A model generated the notes under the pieces. That model saw only the letters and a list, made by a program, of their open reading frames with translations, was not told the DNA's origin and searched no databases. From Deltaproteobacteria bacterium (lineage in GTDB: Bacteria; Myxococcota_A; Polyangia; Fen-1088): DNA of 64,000 nucleotides. The stretch is from the NCBI GenBank assembly GCA_033763315.1, contig JANRKS010000017.1, forward strand, positions 32,001-96,000, read 5' to 3'. Position numbers and translations under genes: made by a program. How positions within the stretch are numbered: position 1 is the first letter of the stretch; each line of letters opens with the position of its first letter. Of this stretch, positions 58,074-64,000 are shown piece after piece.

Positions 58074-59309
58074 CTAAGCGGGCGCGTTCGCCATGTGGTC
58101 GAGATCCGCCACCAAAGCTTTGCGGCCCCACAAAAGCACGAAGCCGGCGCACGCAAGCAGCAGGACCGTTATCAGCACGGGAATGCGCAGGCCGACGCGA
58201 TCGGACGCGATGCCGATGAGGATAGGGGACAACACATCGCCCAGGGCATGGATGCAAAACGTGTTAACGCCGAACGCCCGTTCACGAACGTGCGGGGGCA
58301 GGCCATTGGCGATGGCTGCGTTTAACGGGCCCGTGTTCAAGAACAGCAAAAACAACGTCAAAAACAATCCGGGCCAATAGATGTACGGCGAATTGCCCAA
58401 CACGGCCGCAACGGAAAACGGCGCCGACAATAGCAAGGCGCGCCCTGAGAATTGAAAGTGGCCATGTTTGTGCCGGGATGCCGCCGCGTCACCCCAACGG
58501 CCGCCGAGCAACGTTCCAGCGAAGCCCGCCACCACAACGCACACACCAAACCCCATCGTGGCCGCGGCGAGGCTTAGGTGGTGCTGGCGCTGGTAATAGG
58601 TGGGCATCCACACGGCCAGGCCACCCATCGCGAATGTGTAGATGGTTTGAGCCGCGGTGTTGAACACAAAACTTCGCTTGGAGCGCAACAGGCGCAAAGT
58701 GGCGCCCAGCGCCAGCGGGGGCGTGGCAGCTTGCTTGTGGGGGCCGCGCTCAACATCGCGGAAAAACAAAAACATCACGGCCAAGAGCAGTCCGGGCACG
58801 CTGGCGATGAAAAACGCCACGCGGTAGCCGTAGGCCGCACCCACCGCGCCCCCGATCTGGTAGCCAAGCGCGGTGCCCACGGGGATGGCGGCGTAAAAGA
58901 ATGACATCGCCCGGCCACGCCGCAGCGCTGGGTAGGCATCGGAAATCAATGTGGGCGTGACCACTGCGTATGTGGCTTCGCCTAACCCGACGAGGGCTCG
59001 CGCGATCAACAGGACGCCATACGATGGGGCGAGGCCGGAGCCCGCGGTGGCGAGGCTGAAGCCCATCGCCCCGAAGGCGGCCAACCGAAAGCGATTCTGT
59101 GTTGTGGCCAGCCAGCCGGCCAACGGGCAGATCACTGTGTACACGATCATCAAGCTGCTTTGCAGGGCGCCCCCCTGCGCGTCCGAAAGGGACATATCGG
59201 CCAGAATCAAGGGCAGCACGGCGGCGGCCAAGAACCGGTCGAAGTAATTAAGGACGTTGAGCGAGGTCAGCGCCGCCAGCGTGGCTTTCGGGGACAGGGC
59301 GTAACGCAC
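58074..59309 (-). CDS. MFS transporter (spinster-like)
   Basis: NVLNYFDR, R.LVG.GEA.Y....PT.ISD, AIPVG.ALGY, HALGD..SP..IG. Confidence 0.88.
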   Translation of the reverse strand: MRYALSPKATLAALTSLNVLNYFDRFLAAAVLPLILADMSLSDAQGGALQSSLMIVYTVICPLAGWLATTQNRFRLAAFGAMGFSLATAGSGLAPSYGVLLIARALVGLGEATYAVVTPTLISDAYPALRRGRAMSFFYAAIPVGTALGYQIGGAVGAAYGYRVAFFIASVPGLLLAVMFLFFRDVERGPHKQAATPPLALGATLRLLRSKRSFVFNTAAQTIYTFAMGGLAVWMPTYYQRQHHLSLAAATMGFGVCVVVAGFAGTLLGGRWGDAAASRHKHGHFQFSGRALLLSAPFSVAAVLGNSPYIYWPGLFLTLFLLFLNTGPLNAAIANGLPPHVRERAFGVNTFCIHALGDVLSPILIGIASDRVGLRIPVLITVLLLACAGFVLLWGRKALVADLDHMANAPA

Positions 59310-59354
59310 GGCAAGGGCCTACCACGAGTGCCGTGCGCAGGGTAGAGTCCGCCC

Positions 59355-59798
59355 ATGCCAACGCTGAATGAGATCCTGACCCGGCCGGGGATTCGTCCCC
59401 AGGTTGTCAAAGACGCCGAACGGGTCGTTGAAGAAGAAGTCGATTCTAAGGGCCTGACGGGGTTGCCGATCAAAGCGGCCTATAAGATCGTCAAGACGGT
59501 CAAGCCTGGCTTCGTGCCTGAGGTGCTCGATCACTTGGTGGAAGACTTTGCTAAGGCGCTCGATCCCTTGTACCAAGAAGCCGTGGTGGCAAAGATGCCG
59601 CTCGACGCCTACTTGGCCAGCCGTTCGAGTCAAGCGGCGGAAGCCCTGCTCGCGATCACGGATGGCCGCGCGGGCAACGCGAAGAACCAAATGGTGAAAT
59701 CAACCTACGAGAAGCTGCGCCCGACCGCGAAGAAACACGTGGAAGCCGCAATTCCCCGCGTCAGTCGCATGGTTGCCAAGCACGCCAACAACGGCTGA
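59355..59798 (+). CDS. Conserved hypothetical protein (DUF6918-like)
   Basis: EV.SKGL.G..IK.AYK.VK..KPG, A.ALL.ITD.RA, YEKLRP.AKKHVE.A.PR. Confidence 0.7.
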   Translation: MPTLNEILTRPGIRPQVVKDAERVVEEEVDSKGLTGLPIKAAYKIVKTVKPGFVPEVLDHLVEDFAKALDPLYQEAVVAKMPLDAYLASRSSQAAEALLAITDGRAGNAKNQMVKSTYEKLRPTAKKHVEAAIPRVSRMVAKHANNG

Positions 59799-59812
59799 TT
59801 TTTGCTTGTGTG

Positions 59813-59856
59813 CCGAAACGCCCCGCGGCTTCGCAGTGAAGCGCGCGGGGTTTCGG
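59813..59856. terminator. Hairpin between convergent genes (cimA 3' end)
   Basis: CCGAAAC-GCCCCGCG-GCTTC...GAAGC-GCGCGGGG-TTTCGG. Confidence 0.7.
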
Positions 59857-59859
59857 TCT

Positions 59860-61491
59860 TTAGACCCCCGGGGCCACCGCCGGTGTCACGCCGCTTTCGA
59901 TCAAATGATACTCAAAGGCGTCGATCAGAGCCTCCCACGAGGCATCCACCACGTTCTCGTTTACGCCCACCGTTGAGAACGTGCGCGTTGTGTGGCCCTG
60001 CGGATCCAGCACAACAAACTCGCTGACCACGCGCACCTTGGCCGCCGTTTCTTGCACGCCGCTGACCACGCGCACTTTGTAGTCGCGCAAATGCAGCGAA
60101 TCCACTTGGGGGTAATAACCTCGCAGGCCTTTGCGAAGCGCGCTGTCGAGCGCGTGGATGGGGCCGCCGCCTTCGGCCACGTGTTGTTCAAGCACGCCGC
60201 CCACGACGGTTTTCACGGTGGCTTCGGTTGCGGCCGTTTCACCCGCTTGTTTGCGCACCACGCAGCGGTAATAGCGGTGCTCCCAGTAGGGGTGGCGCTG
60301 ACCGAGTTCCGTGCGGACGAGCAATTCCAACGAAGCGTCGGCGGCCTCGAACACATAGCCCATGTTTTCAAGATCTTGCACCCGCCCCAACACGCGCCGA
60401 AGCAAGGCCTTGTCGTCGGCCAAGCCGAATTTGCGTCCCACCAGCGCGGCGATGTTGGATTGCCCGGAAAGTTCACTCACCAGCACTTTGCGACGGTTGC
60501 CCACCGACGCGGGATCGATGTGCTCGTAGCTGCGCGCCAAACGCGCGATGGCGTGCACATGCATGCCGCCCTTGTGCGCGAAGGCCGAAGCGCCCACGAA
60601 CGGTTGGTTTGCGATAGGGGCCAGGTTCGCCACTTCGTAAACGAAGCGGGATACGTCCGTGAGTTTTGCGATGTTGGCGCCTTCGCCGAGGCAGGAAAGC
60701 CCCATCTTGAGTTGCAGGTTGGCGGCCACCGCCAGCAAATCTACGTTGCCACAGCGTTCGCCGATGCCGTTGATGGTGCCTTGCACTTGAAACGCACCGC
60801 CTTTAACGGCGGCCAAGGTGTTGGCCACGGCCAGGCCACCGTCGTTGTGGCAGTGGATGCCGAACAGCGCTTGTGGGCCCAACATCGCGCGTGCCGCCCA
60901 CAGAGCCTCGGTGATGTGCTCGGGTAAGGATCCACCGTTCGTATCGCACAGGATGAAACGCGTCGCGCCTGCGTTTTTTGCAGCCAGCAAGGTCTTGAGC
61001 GCGTAGTCGGCATTGGCGCGAAAGCCATCGAAGAAGTGTTCGGCGTCGTAAAACACCTCGCGTCCGGCCTGGGCGCAGAAGGCCACGGACTCGGCGATCA
61101 TGTCGATGTTCTCGTCACGCGACACGCGCAGCACTTCATCGACGTGCAGATCCCAGGTTTTGCCGACGATCGTCACCACGGGCGTCTCGGCGGCCACCAA
61201 GGCGCGCATGCCCTCGTCGTCAGCGGCGTTGACACCGCGGCGGCGGGTCATGCCGAACGCGGCCACGCGGCTGTGTTTCAGCTTTAACGTGCGAACCGCT
61301 GCGAAGTACGCTTCATCCTTGGGGTTCGACAAAGGGTAACCACCCTCGATCACGTCGATGCCCAGATCATCGAGGATCTGCGTGATCTTGATCTTGTCCG
61401 CCAAGGAGAAACTGACGCCCTCGCTTTGGGCGCCATCACGCAAGGTCGTGTCATACATTTCGACCTTAGAGGCGGTGTCGGGGTGGCTCAT
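59860..61491 (-). CDS. cimA: Citramalate synthase
   Basis: YDTTLRDGAQ.EG, EGGYP.SNPKD, YDAEHFFDG, HCHND, AFAHKGGMH, YEHIDP..VGN; C-terminal regulatory domain. Confidence 0.93.
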   Translation of the reverse strand: MSHPDTASKVEMYDTTLRDGAQSEGVSFSLADKIKITQILDDLGIDVIEGGYPLSNPKDEAYFAAVRTLKLKHSRVAAFGMTRRRGVNAADDEGMRALVAAETPVVTIVGKTWDLHVDEVLRVSRDENIDMIAESVAFCAQAGREVFYDAEHFFDGFRANADYALKTLLAAKNAGATRFILCDTNGGSLPEHITEALWAARAMLGPQALFGIHCHNDGGLAVANTLAAVKGGAFQVQGTINGIGERCGNVDLLAVAANLQLKMGLSCLGEGANIAKLTDVSRFVYEVANLAPIANQPFVGASAFAHKGGMHVHAIARLARSYEHIDPASVGNRRKVLVSELSGQSNIAALVGRKFGLADDKALLRRVLGRVQDLENMGYVFEAADASLELLVRTELGQRHPYWEHRYYRCVVRKQAGETAATEATVKTVVGGVLEQHVAEGGGPIHALDSALRKGLRGYYPQVDSLHLRDYKVRVVSGVQETAAKVRVVSEFVVLDPQGHTTRTFSTVGVNENVVDASWEALIDAFEYHLIESGVTPAVAPGV

Positions 61492-61550
61492 GACGATCTT
61501 TCCTTTCCAGACTCAAACAGTGGCAAACGGAGATAATGGTTTGCGGGGCC

Positions 61551-61586
61551 AAAACAAAAAAGCCCCGCCGGGTGGGCAGGGCTTTT
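61551..61586 (-). terminator. Attenuator terminator in the cimA leader
   Basis: mRNA AAAAGCCCUGCC-CACCC-GGCGGGGCUUUUUUGUUUU, upstream of and co-oriented with cimA. Confidence 0.9.
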
Positions 61587-61607
61587 AAGCGTTGGGCAAC
61601 GATTCCC

Positions 61608-61682
61608 CTACCAGCGTGCAATGGCCATCCGGCGCCCAATGGCGCCAATAATGATCCGAATGCTGGTGCGGGGAGAATTCAT
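61608..61682 (-). CDS. Ile-rich leader peptide of cimA (MNSPRTSIRIIIGAIGRRMAIARW)
   Basis: ATG at 61682, TAG at 61610-61608; 6 Ile codons in 24; stop about 20 nt before the terminator. Confidence 0.85.
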   Translation of the reverse strand: MNSPRTSIRIIIGAIGRRMAIARW

Positions 61683-61739
61683 CGAGTGAACTTTTATAGC
61701 CTGGGCATGTGAGCAATGCAATTGCGGCTTTGCACGGTC

Positions 61740-62396
61740 TTAAACCTTGGCTTCGCGGGCGCGCGCCAACAGCAGCCGCAAAACCTCGGGGGATTGTGCG
61801 CCTTCGACGGCCAGCAAGCCTTTGGCACTGGGCGCCAAGAACAGCGGCACACCACCCACCCCTAGGGCCGCCGCGCGGGCCACATCTTGCTCAACCGCGT
61901 CGTCGCCAGCGCCGCTTTGCAACGCGGCTTTCACTTCGCCAAGATCCACAGAGACCTTGTGGCGTTCAAGCGCGGCCATGACATCTGCGAGCATACCTAC
62001 GTTTGCGCCCTCTTCGAAATGCGCGCGGAACAGCGCTTCTGTGGCGGCGTTGCCTTCGCCTAAGGCGGCACACACCTTGATCGCCCGGTGCGCCAGCTTT
62101 GTATTCGCGGCCACCTTCATGGCTTCAAAATCAAAGCGAATACCCACCGATTTCCCCGCCTGCGTGACGCGATCAAACGCGGCCTGAACGGCCCCCTCGC
62201 TGCCGAACTTCTGCCTGTAAAATTCGTGGGCGGGCAGACCTTCGGCGGGCAGACCTGGCTGCAGCATGAAGGCTCGCCAGGTGATGCTGACCTCGTCGGC
62301 GTTCGCGTCGCTGCCCAACGTCTCGAACAGACGTCGCTTGCCAATAAAGCACCAAGGGCACGCGATGTCAGAGAAGACTTCAAGGTTGACGGCCAT
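61740..62396 (-). CDS. DsbA/FrnE family dithiol oxidoreductase
   Basis: SDIACPWCFIGKRRL, NT..AHR, GV.GVP.F, GAQ. Confidence 0.92.
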   Translation of the reverse strand: MAVNLEVFSDIACPWCFIGKRRLFETLGSDANADEVSITWRAFMLQPGLPAEGLPAHEFYRQKFGSEGAVQAAFDRVTQAGKSVGIRFDFEAMKVAANTKLAHRAIKVCAALGEGNAATEALFRAHFEEGANVGMLADVMAALERHKVSVDLGEVKAALQSGAGDDAVEQDVARAAALGVGGVPLFLAPSAKGLLAVEGAQSPEVLRLLLARAREAKV

Positions 62397-62486
62397 GATG
62401 AAGCTTGGATGCCCGCGGCCGGTCGAGGTTCCAAGCCTTTACGCCGATAGACCAAACGCTTTGAGTGTAGGGTGTTAAGAAACAGC

Positions 62487-63188
62487 ATGACAATGTTCGA
62501 CGCAACTGCGACGTCTTGGCTTTTGCGCCTGGGTTTTTTGTCGCTGGGCCTTGCCCTGGCGGTGTTCTGGCTGGTGGTCCCCCCGGGGGGCAAACCGCGC
62601 CTGTTTCGGGGCGTTGTTGTGGCGGGGTGGCTCGGTGCCGCCCTGGCACTTTCGCGCTTGGAGGGCCTGCGCGATTTCAGCGGCTTTCCGCCACCGCTGC
62701 TCCGCGTGCTGCTTGTGATGCTGCTCTGTTTGGTTGCGTTGGCGTTTTCACCTTGGGGGCGCCGTCTGGCGCGCGCTTTGCCGTTGTGGCTTCTCGTTGG
62801 CTTCCAGAGCTTTCGCGTTGTGGTCGAGTTGCTGTTGCACAGCGCTTATTCGCACGGCTTGATCGGAGCGCAGATGACATACCTGGGGCGCAACTTGGAC
62901 ATCGTGTCGGGTATCAGCGCCTTGGCCATGGCCGTGGTGCTATACAAGCGTGCGTTGCCCAAAGCGTGGTTGTGGGCCTGGAACTTTGTGGGCCTGGCCC
63001 TGTTGGTGAACATATTGGTGGTGGCGGCATTATCGATGCCCACACCGGCACGCGTGTTCATGCAAGGGCCGCCGAATGTGTTTGTGGCGTATTGGCCGTT
63101 CATTCTATTGCCAACGGCCATGGTTGCCTCGGCTTGGTTCGGCCACATGTTGCTGACGTCTCGGCTTTTGCAGCGCGATTCAGGGTAA
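62487..63188 (+). CDS. Hypothetical integral membrane protein
   Basis: About seven TM segments; Q.FR..VE, G.N.DI..G, P...LP motifs. Confidence 0.7.
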   Translation: MTMFDATATSWLLRLGFLSLGLALAVFWLVVPPGGKPRLFRGVVVAGWLGAALALSRLEGLRDFSGFPPPLLRVLLVMLLCLVALAFSPWGRRLARALPLWLLVGFQSFRVVVELLLHSAYSHGLIGAQMTYLGRNLDIVSGISALAMAVVLYKRALPKAWLWAWNFVGLALLVNILVVAALSMPTPARVFMQGPPNVFVAYWPFILLPTAMVASAWFGHMLLTSRLLQRDSG

Positions 63189-64000
63189 AACCTGCTGCAC
63201 CTGCAGGCCATTTAGGGCGCGCAGTTGCATCGCCAGGCCATGCCTGAGCTCGTGTTGGGTGACCCTGAATAAAACAACGTTGCGCCCTTTCCTGAGGCTT
63301 GCCACCACGCTGTCGTCGCCAAGTTTAAGGCCGCGCGAAACGTTGCGGGCCAACACGCGGGTGCCGTTGACGAACACGCTGAGGCCGTCGTTGCTGCCAA
63401 GCTGCATATCCACTTGTCCATCGCTTGCGGCGTCCAAGATAAGGCGTGCGTACACAACCGTTTTCTTAGGGTGATCGAGCGCGGTTTCAAGATCCAACGC
63501 CCGACTCACCACGGGCTCCTTCCGCCACGAAACGCTCTGGGGATCCGTCTCGGGAGGGTGGGCCTGGTCGAACGACGCCGGCGAAAGATCGAAAAGATAA
63601 ACTGGCGATAACTCAAGCGCTTCGATGAACACTTCGTCTGTTTCTTCGATGCTCACGTTATAGGTTTTGGGCTGCACAAGCGTGCGCATCGCCAATCCGG
63701 CTTCTTTGGCCCACAGATGCAGGCTCTGTTGTGCAAGCGGCGTGGTGTCCAAGGTCTTTGATAGGTCGCTTACGTCGATGCCCAGCGTGCGCCACGATGT
63801 GGATTGCAGATCGGATCGACGTTGCGCTTCTCGCCACAAGTCGGCGCTGGCTTTGTTCCATGGTGCCTCGGGCAGGTTTGCCAGATCAACGTCCCCGCGT
63901 TTGTTTGGCGGCAGCACGGCCAGCTCATGACCATCGACCAGCAAGCGCAGGTTCTTGCGCGATGGCCAACTCTTGACCTGCATGCGCAAGCGGTTCCATG
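63180..64000 (-). CDS. Hypothetical protein with C-terminal PA14-like beta-sandwich (partial, 5' end outside window)
   Basis: Frame open to the window edge; VYA......LGSNDG..VFVNG......L.KG.N.VLF.V. Confidence 0.6.
   Translation of the reverse strand, partial: WNRLRMQVKSWPSRKNLRLLVDGHELAVLPPNKRGDVDLANLPEAPWNKASADLWREAQRRSDLQSTSWRTLGIDVSDLSKTLDTTPLAQQSLHLWAKEAGLAMRTLVQPKTYNVSIEETDEVFIEALELSPVYLFDLSPASFDQAHPPETDPQSVSWRKEPVVSRALDLETALDHPKKTVVYARLILDAASDGQVDMQLGSNDGLSVFVNGTRVLARNVSRGLKLGDDSVVASLRKGRNVVLFRVTQHELRHGLAMQLRALNGLQVQQVLP

Overview
This is a gene-dense, GC-rich bacterial chromosome segment with about 58 CDSs. It most likely comes from a myxobacterium (Myxococcota). That is inferred from a CdbA-family RHH protein, a split atpZIBE operon, PEGA/TPR + Cys-rich lipoprotein + Ser/Thr kinase genes, and zinc-ribbon/FHA proteins. 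I found no rRNA, tRNA, CRISPR array or mobile element. Housekeeping content includes uxaC, moaC, trxB, atpB/E, deoB-deoA-punA, mfd, dksA, tldD/pmbA, leuCD, cysQ and cimA. The best signals outside the ORF track are regulatory. (1) A 24-codon Ile-rich leader peptide with terminator/antiterminator precedes citramalate synthase. (2) A perfect 14-bp palindrome lies in the promoter of a marR-leuC-leuD operon. (3) A shared LacI-type operator precedes two sugar-acid loci. (4) Phased direct repeats precede cdbA and a MerR-like/sigma-region-4 gene pair. (5) Many genes appear to be leaderless. Also notable are a frameshifted PilR-like regulator beside a PilG/XapA-like gene with no pilin, an orphan SctQ/FliN-like gene, two apparent pseudo-enzymes, and two uncharacterised signalling modules. 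All family assignments come from motif recognition by eye, not database searches.
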